From assembly GCA_024679065.1 (NCBI GenBank), contig JAGIQG010000040.1, positions 9,300,001-9,364,000 of the forward strand: a DNA stretch of 64,000 nucleotides. The letters run 5' to 3'. The DNA is from Sphyrna mokarran. Its lineage: Eukaryota. The notes under the pieces were generated by a model. The model was not told the origin of the DNA. It ran no database searches and saw nothing but the letters and a program-made list of their open reading frames with translations. Below are positions 33,540-46,194 of the stretch, one piece after another. The position numbers were made by a program, and so were the translations under genes. Every line of letters starts with the position of its first letter. Position 1 is the first letter of the stretch.

Positions 33540-35850
33540 GCACACACCGAGATGCAAATACAAGTAAGTAGTTGGAATGCGAATCTTTACATGTAATTAA
33601 GTATTTAGAGCTACAGAAAATGCGCATGTAGAGAGGGAGACTCACAGGTTAAAGAAGTATGAATTGTCTCAAGGCAGACTAGTTAGCAGGCTTTGGCAAG
33701 CTCAGGCCAAATATTGAGAAGGATATGCAGTATAGCATGAACTCAACGTTAAGGCCGTCCTTGTGCAGAACTTCGCTAACAGTTTATGCTGGGCGATTAT
33801 GCATTGTCGTCTGTCTTGAAGGCCACCTTTGCAGGACGCTGACCCGAAAATCGGAAGCTGAGTGGGTTTGACTACTAACATTTTCCCCCATCAGGATTGC
33901 ATCAATCTCCTCAGAATTCAAACATAGGGCATGACCGACACATTATCCTTCATCATCCAATACTTTCTCGGAGCAGAAAAGCTATGAGACCTTCTTCAGA
34001 GCCTTCAACATGTCATCGATGAAAACGAACATCTCGTCAAGGTCTTGCCCTACCCCCACCATTTGCCTTCAGACAACCACACAATCTCCAACAGAAGAAA
34101 GTTTGAAGCAAACGACCCAGCTTTCAGGAAATTAGCGATCTGAACACCAGACAACAACCTGTGTAGGACGTGCCAGGTCATCGACATGGATATCATCATC
34201 ACAAATGAGAACACTATCCAGCAGGCACATGAGATATACTCATGTGACTCGGCCAATGTTGTCTACCTTATACAATGCAGGAAAGGATGTCCTGAGGCGT
34301 GGTACGTTGGTGAAACAATGCAGACGCTACAACAATGTATAAGTAGTTACCGCACAACAATCACCAGGTAGGAGTGTCCCCTTCCTGTCGAAGAACAGGT
34401 CAGCAGCCAAGGGCATTCAGTCTCTGACCATTGGGTCAGCGTTCTCCAAGGCAGCTTTCAAGATACACCACAGCACAATATCGCCGAATAGACACCGATA
34501 GCCAAGTTCTGCATGTATGAGGATGGTTTCAACCTGGACCTTGGGTTCATGTCACATTACATTTAAAGCCCAACATTAGGCCTGAGCTTGCAAAATTTTA
34601 CTAATTGTCATGGGCTGAGACAATGCATACCTCTTTAACCTGTGATTATCTCTCTCTCCACTCGCATTATCTGTAACTGTAAATGCTTAATTACCTGCAA
34701 ACACATGAATTGCAATCATTATCTTGCAATTCTGTCTATCTATATAGGTCTTGATTGTGAACTCTCCATTCAACTGATGAAGGAGTAGTGCTCCAAAAGT
34801 TTGTGCTACCAAATACACGGTTGAACTTTAACCTGGTGTTATGACACTTCTTTCTGTGCCGACTCCAGTCTAATGCCAGCGTCTCTACATAATGGCTATC
34901 AGCAACAGCACAAACCATCAGTTCAAAGTAGAGAGGATCTTCAAGGATATCATCCACATCGATACAGACATCAATTTCCTACAAAATGTAAGAAAGTAAA
35001 CAAGGTCCCGAAAGAACTGCAGATCACGAACTCAGTCAACACGACCTGCAATACAGATTGCGTTGAGAGACATTGACGTTGCACTTCTCTCACAGGCCTC
35101 AACTACCTTACACACTAGCTCTACAGCGGATGCCAGAACCTGGAAACTGAGATAGAGGCAACATCTGAACTTGCGCTCAGGATGCAGCAGACCAGAAAGT
35201 AGAGACCACCAAGCAGACAAGACAACGGAGCTACACAACCCACATGGACAACAAGAATAGGAATCCTGAGAAACTCGGCATCACCACCAGCAGCAATCAA
35301 CCTTCCCCTGTACCACAGTACAGTACCACTACACGGTGTTACCACTACACTGTATACAGTACCACTACACGGTGTTACTACCACACTGTATACAGTACCA
35401 TACACGGTGTTACCACTACACGGTATAGAGTACCACTACACACTGTATACAGTACCACTACACAGCGTTACCACTACACAGTATACAGTACCACTACACG
35501 GTGTTACCACTACACGGTATACAGTACCACTACACGGTGTTACCACTACACGGAATACAGTACCACTACAGGAAGTCCATTGTCAACTTGTCGGACTATA
35601 TCTTTCAACCAGATGAAATCGAAGTTCTCAAAGGCCCAATTTCTGTCCCATCACCAGATTGGACCCACTGATTTGGTGGCAGACACAGGGGAAATCATTA
35701 GTTGAATGAGGCTCTGGAAGTTCTTCGACGACCCTTGAAGCCAACAGTCAACCCAATGAAACAACCAGATTAACTCAACTGATGAAGGAACAGTGCTCCG
35801 AATGTTCGTGATTCGAAATAAAACTGTTGGAATTTAAACTGGTTTCACAA
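33540..35850 (+). mobile_element. Composite Penelope-like retroelement (inverted piece, GIY-YIG end, pLTR, ORF start)
   Basis: ORF 34186-34371 YSCDSANVVYLIQCRKGCPEAWYVGET is a PLE GIY-YIG endonuclease motif; 33540-33890 is an inverted copy of 34380-34740; ORF restarts after the pLTR at ~34890; hammerhead motifs at 34771 and 35776. Confidence 0.8.
35310..35570. repeat. 36-bp minisatellite (16+20-nt subunits) inside the Penelope ORF
   Basis: TACCACTACACGGTGT + TACCACTACACTGTATACAG, about 7 units. Confidence 0.9.
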
Positions 35851-35859
35851 TCAAATATC

Positions 35860-36195
35860 TGTTTGTCTGAACCAGTCGTTTAGCAATCCGCCTCTGATTG
35901 GCTGGGGTGGTCGCTCTGCAATGCAGTTTCTTAGTAGGTGATGAGGACAGTTTTAGGGAATTAGTCTCTGATTGGCTGAGGTGGCCATTTACCCAACTAG
36001 TCCCTTATTGGACAAAGCAGTTATTTAGCGATCCACGCTCTTATTGGCTGAGGTTGTTTTTTTAAGGGGACCCATCTCTGATTGGCTGTGGCAATTGTTA
36101 GAAATCGAGTCTTTGGTTGTCTGAGATGGTCATTTATTGACCCAGTCTTTTACTGGCTGAGGACATCAGTTCAATCATGCCAGGCTTATTGGATG
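35860..36195 (-). repeat. Degenerate ~36-bp tandem repeat carrying CCAAT boxes
   Basis: ATTGG at 35897, 35971, 36007, 36043, 36081, 36188 with variants at the intervening phase positions. Confidence 0.7.
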
Positions 36196-36199
36196 TCAC

Positions 36200-37101
36200 T
36201 CAGTTTTGTCTCCTCATTAAATTAGTAATTGATATAACTGGATATTTCATTGCGATTCTGATCTGCTCCCTGAATTTGGATTGAGTCACTGCATAAATAA
36301 ATGTGTTTGTGCAACAATTTAAATCCCGCAGGATAAATCCGACTATTTGAAATGTATATTCAGGAATAGTGAGGTACATTAATCTTCTCACATCTGCATA
36401 GAAAAATTTTACAACATAAACCGACCAGAGCAGAATGAAAGCTCCGGATATGCTAAAGAGTAAAATCATTGACTTCCTTCTGCTTTCCATCGCAGGGTCT
36501 CTGCGATTATCTCCTTTATTCTGAGCCCTCAGACCCTTCCGCACTCGACTGGTCACTAAAATGTGACTGACGGTTAGAGTATTAATCAACAGGATTAAAC
36601 TGAATGGGAGCAGTGGTGTTAAAACCTGATTGAACCAGTTAAAACCAATCCATCCGGGATCAGTCCAAGCACTTGACTTGGCATTACAGCCCCACTTGGC
36701 GTTGTCAATTATCAGTTGAGGTTCATATATAAAGTAGAAGGGAATGTTTTTCACAGAGAGCAGGATGCCGGTTGTTGCCAGAACCACAGCTGCAGTTTTC
36801 CCAGTGCAATATTTAGCTTTCAGTTTCTGGCAGCGAATGGCCACAAATCGATCAAAAGAGAAAGTGACAGTGAACCAGACAGAGCAGTCTGCAATTGAAG
36901 TCTCCAGGACAGCTTTAACCCGACATACAGATGTGAGGGACAAGAAATTCAGGGGGAAATAATAATTATTTATGTAGTTGAGAATGGGGTTTATGATGAT
37001 GAACAGTAGATCCACCACTGCCATGGCCACCAGGTAGCGAGTGGTGCAGGTGGAGAGGCCACACTTTCCTCGACTCAGGATCACAATTCCCAGTAAATTA
37101 A
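36200..37101 (-). CDS. GPR139/GPR142-like class A GPCR, exon 2
   Basis: Acceptor ctctgacag|TT at 37102; reads VNLLGIVILSRGKCGLSTCTTRYLVAMAVVDLL, FSFDRFVAI, RRKSMILL, NCCTNTFIY; hydrophobic TM pattern; TGA at 36200-36202. Confidence 0.9.
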
Positions 37102-37914
37102 CTGTCAGAGAAACAAGAAATAAGAACCTGAAAATTAGTGAGAGAAAAAAATCTGAATATTTCTCCATCTTTCTCAACAATAAGAAAAATATTTCAACAT
37201 CAATCTAATGGGCAGAAGTTCCGATGTGGCGTTGTTGTTGGAGGAGCTCAGTACAAGATCAACATTGCAACATAACAATCAATGTACCATTCCTGGTTAA
37301 TCGGGGCAAGGGATCAAAAATCTGTGAATTACACTTCTACCAATTTGATGGAGCGTACCTGCAAATTCTGATCAGACAAATATTACTGACGGTTTGGATT
37401 TCTCATTTGATCTGTTTTACAGGATTAGCTGACACAGGACGGGTTTTCTAATTAGACCCGAAATGAACAGAAGTATGTCAGATATTTACAATATAATCTG
37501 CCATCCGTTCCTGCACACAATTTTCCCCACCGGATTGAATACTTCTTTAGACGGGTCAGCTAATTGATTTTGATGTCACTTCAGGATTGTTCTTCATTCT
37601 GTTATTTTCCCCCAGCCTTTTTTCCTGATTCTAGTTTCCAGGTTCCTTGTTCTGTTTGTCTCTCTTCCCATTCTTCTTTCCTTTTTTTTAACATCTCCCC
37701 TATTTCTTTCTTAATCTGACTCTTGTCATCCTATTCCTTTCTCCCTTTGCAGTTTTCTTCCCCGATCTCCATATTTCTCTCCCACCCAACTCTTTCCATT
37801 CATAACTCGCAGTCTAGCTTTCTCTGCTTATTTATCCATCTCTCTTCAAACATTTCTCACTCACTTTCCCCCTATGATTCTGTCTGTCTCCAACAGCTCT
37901 CTCCCACTGTTTAA

Positions 37915-40900
37915 CATAGAACCAAATAAGATGATAACAGGAGGAGTCCATTTGGCCCTTCGAGCCTGTTCCGCTATTCATTACAATCATGGCTGATCAA
38001 CAAACTCAATAGCCTAATGCTGCTTTCTCCCCATAACTTTTCATTCCACTCAGTCCAAATGCTATATCTAGTCGCCTTTTTAATACACTACACATTTTGA
38101 CATCAAGTGCTTCCTGCAGTAATGAATTTACAACCTCACAACTGTTCGGGTGAAGAAATGGCTCCACTTCCCTGTATTAAAAGTTTTACCCTATTTCCTC
38201 AGACTTTAACCCCTGGTTCTGGACACTCGGGAAAATCTGTTCTCGTCCTGTTAGAATTTTATGAGTCTGTATGAAATCCCCCTTCATTCATCTGAACTCC
38301 AGCGAAAATAATCCGAAGCTAACCAATCTCTCCTCATACATCGTACGGGTGGGGCAGGGCATGGTTTGAAATGCGTATACTTTAATGCAAGGAGTATTCG
38401 CAATAAGGGGGAGGAACTTGCAGCTTGGACCAGTACCTGGAACTTCGATGTTGTGGCCATTTCAGAGACTTGGGTAGAGCAGGGGCAAGAATGGATGTTG
38501 CAGGTTCCGGGGTTCAAATGCTTTAGTCGGAGTAGAGAAGGAGGTAGAAGGGGGGGAGGAGTGGCATATTAGTCAAAGACTGTATCACAGTGACAGAAAG
38601 GAAGTTTGATAAGGACTTGTCTGTTGAGGTAGTATGGGCTGAGATTAGAAACAGGAGAGGAGAGGTCACCCTGTTGGGAGTCTTTTATAGACCTCCTAAA
38701 AGTTCTAGAGAAGTTGAGGAAAGGATTGCAAAGTCAATTCTGGTCAGGAGTGAAAGTAATAGGGTAATTGTTATGGGGGACTTTAACTTTACTAATATTG
38801 ATTGGAATAGCTATAGCTCGAGCTCGTTAGAGGGGTCAGTTTTCGTACAAAGTGTGCAGGAAGGTTTTTTGACTCAGTATGTAGATAGGCCAGCTAGAGG
38901 TGAGGCTACATTGGATTTGGTGCTGGGCAATGAGCCAGAACAGGTGTTAGGCTTGGAAGTTGGTGAACATTTTGGTGATAGTGACCACAATTCGGTTACG
39001 TTCACCTTAGTGATGGATAGGGATAGGCATGAAGCTGGGGGGCAGTAGTTATAGCTGGGGGAAGGGTAATTATGAGGCCATCAGGAGAGAATTAGGGTGC
39101 ATAGATTGGACTAGGAAACCACAGGGACTGGGAACATCTGGAATGTGGAGCTTATTCAAGGAGCAGCTGCTGCGAGTCCTTGATAAGTATGTCCCTGTCA
39201 GGCAAGGAGGAAATGGTCGAGTAAGGGAACCTTGGTGTACGAAAAAAGTTGACTCGCTGGTTAAAAGAAAAAAGGAGGCTTATGTCAGGATGAGGCTTGA
39301 AGGCTCAGTTAGTGCAATGGATAGCTATAGATTAGCCAGGAGGGAGCTAAAGAGTGGGTTGAGGAGAGCTAAGAGGGGACACGAGATGACTTTGGCTGAT
39401 AGGATTAAGGAGAATCCTAAAGCTTTCTTTAGATATGTTAAGAATAGAAGATTGGTTAGGACAAGATTTGGGCCAGTCACAGACAGCAGTGGGAAGTTGT
39501 GCATGGAGCCTGAAGAGATTGGAGAGGCACTGAATAAATATTTCTCTTCGGTATTCACGCAGGGTGATGTAAATGTAGTTATGGAGAACACTGAGGTACA
39601 GGGTTGCAATCTGGAAAGTATTGAAGTAGATAGGGAGGATGTGCTAGATATTCTTGAGGGTTTGAAGTTAGATAAGTCCCCTGGGCCGGACGGGATTTAC
39701 CCTAGGATTCTCTGGGAGGCAAGAGAGGCGATTGCAGAGCCTCTGGCTCTGATCTTCAGGTCGTCGTTGGTTACGGGTGTGGTTCCGGAGGACTGGAGGA
39801 GAGCGAATGTGGTCCCATTGTTCAAGAAGGGGAAGAGAGACCTTCCAGGGAATTATAGGCCAGTGAGTCTTACTTCTGTTGTGGGCAAAGTATTGGAGAG
39901 AATTATTAGGGATAGGATTTATAGTTATTTAGAGAGAAATGAATGGATTGGGGATAGTCAGCATGGTTTTGTGAAGGGTAGGTCGTGCCTTACTAACCTC
40001 ATTGAGTTTTTTGAAAAAGTGACTAAGGAGGTGGATGGGGGTAAGGCGGTTGATGTGGTATATATGGACTTTAGTAAGGAGTTTGATAAGGTGGCCCATG
40101 GAAGACTTCTACAGAAAATGCAGATGTGTGGAATAGAGGGTGATTTAGCTAATTGGATTAGGAATTGGCTGGCAGATAGAAGACAGAGGGTGGTGGTTGA
40201 TGGGAGATATTCATCGTGGAGTTCGTGACAAGTGGTGTGCCTCAGGGGTCTGTTTTGGGGCCCCTGCTGTTTGTAATTTTTATAAATGATCTGGATGAGG
40301 GTATTGAAGGATGGATTAGTAAATTTGCGGATGACACCAAAGTCGGAGGAGTGGTCGATAGTGAAGAGGGGTGTTATAGTTTGCAGAGAGACTTGGACAA
40401 GTTGCAGAGCTGGGCCGAGAGGTGGCAAATGGAGTTTAATGTGGAAAAGTGGGAGGTAATGCACTTTGGCAGGAATAATAAATGTGTAGAGTATAGGGCT
40501 AATGGTAGGATTCTTCATAGTGTTGATGAACAGAGGGATCTTGGTGTATTTGTGCATAGATCCCTGAAAGTAGGCAGTCAAGTCGATAAGGTTGTTAAGA
40601 AGGCATACGGAGTCTTAGCTTTTATTGGTAGGGGGATTGAATTTTGGAGCCGCAACGTCAGGTTGCAACTGTACAAAACTCTAGTGCGGCCGCACTTGGA
40701 GTATTGTGTGCAGTTCTGGTCCCCACAGTATAAGAAAGATGTGGAGTCATTGGAGAGGGTACAGAGGAGGTTTACCAGGATGTTGCCTGGTATGGAGGGC
40801 AGGTCTTATGAGGAGAGGCTGAGGGATTTGAGGTTGTTTTCCTTAGAAAGGAGGCGGCTAAGAGGGGACCTAATCGAAACATATAAGATGATTAAAGGTT

Positions 40901-41970
40901 TAGATAGGGTGGACAGTGATAGCCTTTTTCCTCGGATGGAGAAAGCTAGCACGAGGGGACACAGCTTTAAATTAAGGGGTGATAGTTATAGGACGGATGT
41001 CAGAGGTAGGTTCTTTACCAAAGGGTGGTTCGGGAGTGGAATGCCCTGCCTGCAGCAGTTGTGGATGCGCCAAGTTTGGTGGCGTTTAAGAGGTTAGTTG
41101 ATAAGTATATGGAAGAGAAGGGAATGGTTTAGTTTGGAGGGTCATTGCTTTTTATATTGGTTGGTGCAACATCGAAGGCCAAAGGGCCTGTTCTGTGCTG
41201 TAATGTTCTATGTTCTATGTTCTATCAGTTCTGCCACACCTGGAATTAACCTAGTAAACATCGCTATACTTCCTCAAGAGCAAGAACATCCTTCCTCTGA
41301 AAACGAGACAAAAACTGCACGCAATGTTGCACTTGTGGCCTCACCAAGCCACATTGTGACACACATTCCTGCTTCTCTACTTCGAAGCTTCTTGCCATGA
41401 AGGCCCACATACAATTTGCCTTTTATACTGTTCGCTGCATCTGCAAGGTTACATTCAGCGACTGGTACACTTGGATACCCAGGATCCATTGCACATTCCT
41501 GTATTCCAATTTAGAGCCATTCAGGTAGTAATCTGCTTTCTTCTTTTTATTTCCAAAGTAAATAACCTCACATTTATCCAAATTATACCGCATGTGTCAC
41601 TAATTTACCTACTCACCCAACCTATCTACATCCTCGTCAATCTTCTCCCTTCCAATCAATTTGGTATCAACTGCAAGCTTAGAGATGTTATATTTTATTC
41701 ACTTGTTAAATCATTGATACGTGTTATGAATAGCTAGGGCCTCAGCACTGATCCCTCTCGCACCACATTACCTACTGCCTGCCAATTTTCAAAGAACTAA
41801 TTAATTCCTACTCTTTGTTTCATCATTGTCAAAGAGTATTCTCACCGTCTCAATCCAACTCTCCCAATGCTATGTGATATAATCTTGCACGACAATTTCT
41901 TACAGGGGATTTTGGCAAAAGTTTTCTGAAAGTCCAAGTTTACCACTTGGAGTGGCTTCCCCTTGTCCCC
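37915..41970 (-). mobile_element. Old CR1 host element split by the young CR1 at 38343-41225
   Basis: 'tctcctcatacatc' | 'atcagttctgccac' rejoin as an antisense CR1 with ATC duplicated at the junctions. Confidence 0.65.
38343..41225 (+). mobile_element. Young CR1 LINE with near-complete ORF2 (APE endonuclease + RT)
   Basis: LKCVYFNARSIRNK, AISETW, MGDFN, SDHN (APE); NYRPVSLTS, QHGF, GVPQGSVLGP, FADD (RT); frameshifts at ~38555, ~39040, ~40222 and ~41020; (TTCTATG)n tail. Confidence 0.95.
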
Positions 41971-42065
41971 TTGTGATATACTTAAAAATGTTTCTCCCCG
42001 TCTCTCTCTATTTGTCTCTAGCATTCTCTTTCTTGCACTATTTCCAATTCATGTTCATCTCCCCA

Positions 42066-42067
<2 letters not shown>

Positions 42068-42136
<69 letters not shown>

Positions 42137-42137
42137 A
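42068..42137. repeat. Compound (CT)n(CA)n microsatellite
   Basis: Directly visible. Confidence 0.95.
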
Positions 42138-42974
42138 ATGGCAACATACTCTGTCAACTCGTTTGGTAGACTGTTTTAAAATAAGCCTCTCTAAGCTTAT
42201 TAATGTATTAATTTGTTTATTTATACATTGATTGATGTCTGTAAGTCAGTAATCCCAGGGGGCAGTTGATGATGCTTTTCTCCAGAAAGTGGCAACTGGG
42301 CAATAATCCCAACGGGAGACCCCAGATCCTGTGTCAATTCTCAGCCCCTCGCAGCAATGTGATTTGTGGTTATTGGCAAAGATGGTCAGAAATATTGCAA
42401 CACTCCTTTGAAAACAGAATGCATGAGAGGCAGGGAAAGTTGCAGAGATATGGACAGCTAGAAGTACGTAGATGGAGGGTAGAAAGAGAGATGGTTTTGT
42501 GTTGATTGGAGGACTAGATAAGAATATCCATCTTAACAATTACAGATAGTGAGCAGAAGATGAGAAAGGAAGAATGTAGTTGAAACAGAGAGTGATGGAA
42601 GCCAATGGTCAAAACAGAGATGGTGAGAGAGGAAGAGGACTTGAGAAAGAGACACGATGTGAAAGTGTCCAGTGTATGGTCACTCCAATCACGCCTGTCA
42701 GATTGTCTAAACTTGTGTAGAGAATTCCTGGGAGGATGATTTTAAAAGGTGTCAGAAAGGAATCTCCTGTTCCATCCCGAACTAAAAGAGGGAGTTGAGT
42801 AGCTTCTGGATACTGAGCGTGGGGCAGGGGATCAGGGTAGGGGAGGACGAACATTTCATTCAGTTTTAGAAGATTCTGTTTGCCGATCTCTATCTTCTTC
42901 GATTTCAAATTTCTGCCCGATTTGAAGAAATGGAGAAAAGGGAACAGTAAGGAGACAAAAGAGAGAGAGAGAGA

Positions 42975-44800
42975 TAGAACAATAGAATCATACAGCGTCA
43001 GGACACTTTGGCCAATTGTGTCTGCACCTGCACGCGATAAACAATTAAAATCACATCTAATCCTATTTGGTAGCACTTGGCCCATAGACTGAAGTGTCAA
43101 GTGTTCATCCAGATACTTATTAAAGTACGTGAAAAAAATCGTTACGACCAACATCCCACGCAGGGCATTCCAGACCGTCACTAACTGCTGGGTGAAAAAA
43201 AAAAGGTTTTTCCTTACAACCCTCCTTACCCTCACCTTAAACCTTGTACCTTGTACTGACCATTCAAAAAAAGGAGAACGACTCTACCTTCTCCATTCTG
43301 ACCAATTGTCTCATTATATTGGGCTACACGATCAGATTGCACCTCAGTCATTTCTGTTCCAACAGAAACCAACCAAGCGTATCCAATCTCTTTTCATAAC
43401 ATTGATATTCCCTACCAGCAGCACCTTGGTGAATCTCCTCTGCATAAGAACATGAGAACAAAAGAACTAGAAGCAGTGGTAGGCCTTCTGGACCCTTGAG
43501 CCTGCTCCACCATTCAATAAGATCATGGCTGATCTTTTCATGGACTCAACTCCACTTACCCGCCCGCTCACCATAATCCTTAATTACTTTACTTTTCAAA
43601 AATGTATCTATCCTTGCCTTAAAAACATTCAATGAGGTAGCCTCAACTATTTCACTCGATAGGGAATTCTACAGAATCACAAACCTTTGTGTGAGAAGTT
43701 CCTCCTCAACTTAGTTCTGATGCTGCTTCAACTTGTTTTGAAGCTATGCTCCCTAGTTCTAATCTCACCTGTCAGTGGAAACAACTTTCCTGTTTCCATC
43801 TTATCTATTCCCTTCATATTCCTGTATGTTTCTATAAGAACACCCATCATTCTTCAGAATTCCAGTAAGTGTAGCCCCGGTTTACTCAGTCGCTCCTCTC
43901 AACTCCGCAATCAATCTAGTGGACCTCCTCTGCCCTCTCTCTAGAGCCAGTATATCCTTTGCCAGTACATCCACCTCGTGCAATCACATCCCCCCGAAAA
44001 GTAGCAACCAGAATTGCACACGACACTATATTGTAGCCTCACTCACGTTCCAACACGACTTCCCCGCTTTTGTAATCTATGTCACGAGTGATAACGGTAG
44101 GTGCTCCACAATTTTTCACTATCCTAATAAAATGTACTTCTGTTTTCAGAGATCCATGTCAAGGTTCCTTTGTCCCACTGAACTTCCTCCTATCCTACCA
44201 CAACTTCTATATTTCCTTGTTAAATTACTCCTTCCAAATTCTATCATCTCACACTTTCCAGGATGAAACACCATCTGCCACTAGTCTGCATATTTGACCA
44301 TTCCGTCTACATCTTTTTATAGCCCAATGCACAACGCACTGTCTTCGGCACCCTTCCATTTTTGGTGTCTTCAACAAAATTATTATTCATACCTCCGACA
44401 GAGTCATCAATGTGTTATTTGCATTAATTCCGAATAATAGGGGGCCATCACAGTTCTCTATTGTCCGCCATTGGATGCTGGCTTGCAGTTACTAGAACAA
44501 CATTTTATCATCACCCTCAGCTTCGACAATTGAGTCAATGTTGAATCCATTTTATCAAATTACCCTGTATCACATGTGAATTAGCATTCTTTACATGTCT
44601 CCCACATAGGGCCTTGCCAATGCTTAGCTGAAATCTATATGAACCAGCTAGTTTCTTCTGGCATCTTGCTGAACATACATACTGAGCTCCAATGCAACGC
44701 TGACCACATTTGAATAAAAATAATCACAGATGCAATCACATCCTTCCAAAAAAATAGCGACCCGAAGTACACACGACCATATAGTTGTGGCATCAGTGAT
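42975..44800 (-). mobile_element. Nested old CR1 fragments
   Basis: Two antisense CR1 tails (~42975 and ~43445) followed by degenerate RT antisense sequence. Confidence 0.65.
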
Positions 44801-45276
44801 GTTCTATACACAAAACGTTACAGATTGTAAACACACGGATACTTAGATCAGATATTCCATTCTGCCAGAACAATCACAAACAGTACAATTCGACACCGAC
44901 AAATAGACCCGGTAATAGTTATTCACTGATGTCAGATATTCCACTCCAGTTCGTGATCCGCATGCAAAATTTGAATTTATTCTTCTATAAAATTCAGAGC
45001 GATCATCTTCACTGAGATCCTATCTCTAAATGTGCAAAATAAAACTAAATACAGTAATTTCATTTATCAGTGAGCCTATGAGTTTTATTTCTTCATGTCA
45101 ATAATTAAAATCATAGAGATAATTCGAGACATTTGATTTAAATGTATTTCATCATTCACCTGGCCTATGTATAGCAGTGAACAGAAGATCAGCATGGGCC
45201 ATTTTCATTCGGAATTTAAAACCTGGAAAGCATTCATATACAGATTGACACGACTTGACTAGTTATAGTTACTTAC

Positions 45277-45343
45277 CAGGAACGCCAATAATGGCAATGA
45301 TTGGGTAGATTATTTTCGTAGCTTTCTGAACTGGATAGAGCAT
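45277..45343 (-). CDS. GPR139-like GPCR, exon 1
   Basis: ATG..MLYPVQKATKIIYPIIAIIGVP-G|GTAAGT; the phase-1 donor joins exon 2 (G+TT=Val) to give a 322-aa protein; intron 8175 bp. Confidence 0.88.
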
Positions 45344-45428
45344 TCTCAGTGTGCAGTAATGAGTCTCTTCGTGCTATTCGCAGTCCCTTTGCCTTAAACT
45401 GTGAGGTTTTCCATTCCGAAAGCCTTTA

Positions 45429-45435
45429 ATTTATA
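45429..45435 (-). promoter_or_regulatory. Candidate TATA box of the GPCR gene
   Basis: TATAAAT ~86 nt upstream of the ATG. Confidence 0.45.
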
Positions 45436-46194
45436 CACTGTAGAATCCCCTCAGGGGCATTGAGGTGGAGCAATGGTTTGAAGTTTTTTTAAAATACATG
45501 AACAAACAGATTACAACATTTAGTTCAGTGATGGAAAATATTTATTCGTTAATTGACTGACCTCGTTCAAAACACTGGATTCTATTGATCACAATTTTCA
45601 ATGATAAGTGGAAAGACGCCATCAGACCCATCTCTAGATCTCAGTTTGTTACAGTTTGTTACATTCAGTAACTAAGTTGCAACTGTTACCAAGTCTCTCT
45701 CTGTGTAATGTTCAACTGTGGATATTCAGATTAATGGTTTAAATGAGTTATGGATGACCCTAAATTCCAAAATTCTACTAATCAATAATCTGGAAGTACT
45801 ACCGTGCACAGAGAATTATATTACCCCGAAATCTAATGCAGCTGCTCAAACTGAGAAAATATTGAGAAACAACGGGGCATCACAAAAAATTGAGACACTG
45901 CAACAGATACAGACACATCATCTCTTAGTAAAAAAGAAGACAGATTTAACTGTGGCAAGAATGCACAGACACCAGCTGACTCTTGCCCCAAATCTCATCC
46001 ACAACATATACAGGAAGAGAACTGGGTGAGGACTATAAACGGATAGGACTGAGAGAAGGAGACTCTGAGAGATGGAAGCGAAAAAGAGAAGATAGAGAGA
46101 AATATATAGGGAGAAGAAGTGTGGGAAAGATTCTGGGGCGAACAGATATTCTAAGAGGAATGGTGTTTATATAAGTATCTTAAACTTGAGGGAA

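Noticed and set aside
35244-35705. Thr/Tyr/Cys-repeat protein ORF
   Set aside because: Translation of the 36-bp minisatellite inside a decayed Penelope element.
37102-37180. N-terminal extension of the single-ORF GPCR call (MLRKMEKYSDFF...)
   Set aside because: This is intron polypyrimidine tract read in frame; the real exon 1 with a phase-matched donor is at 45277-45343.
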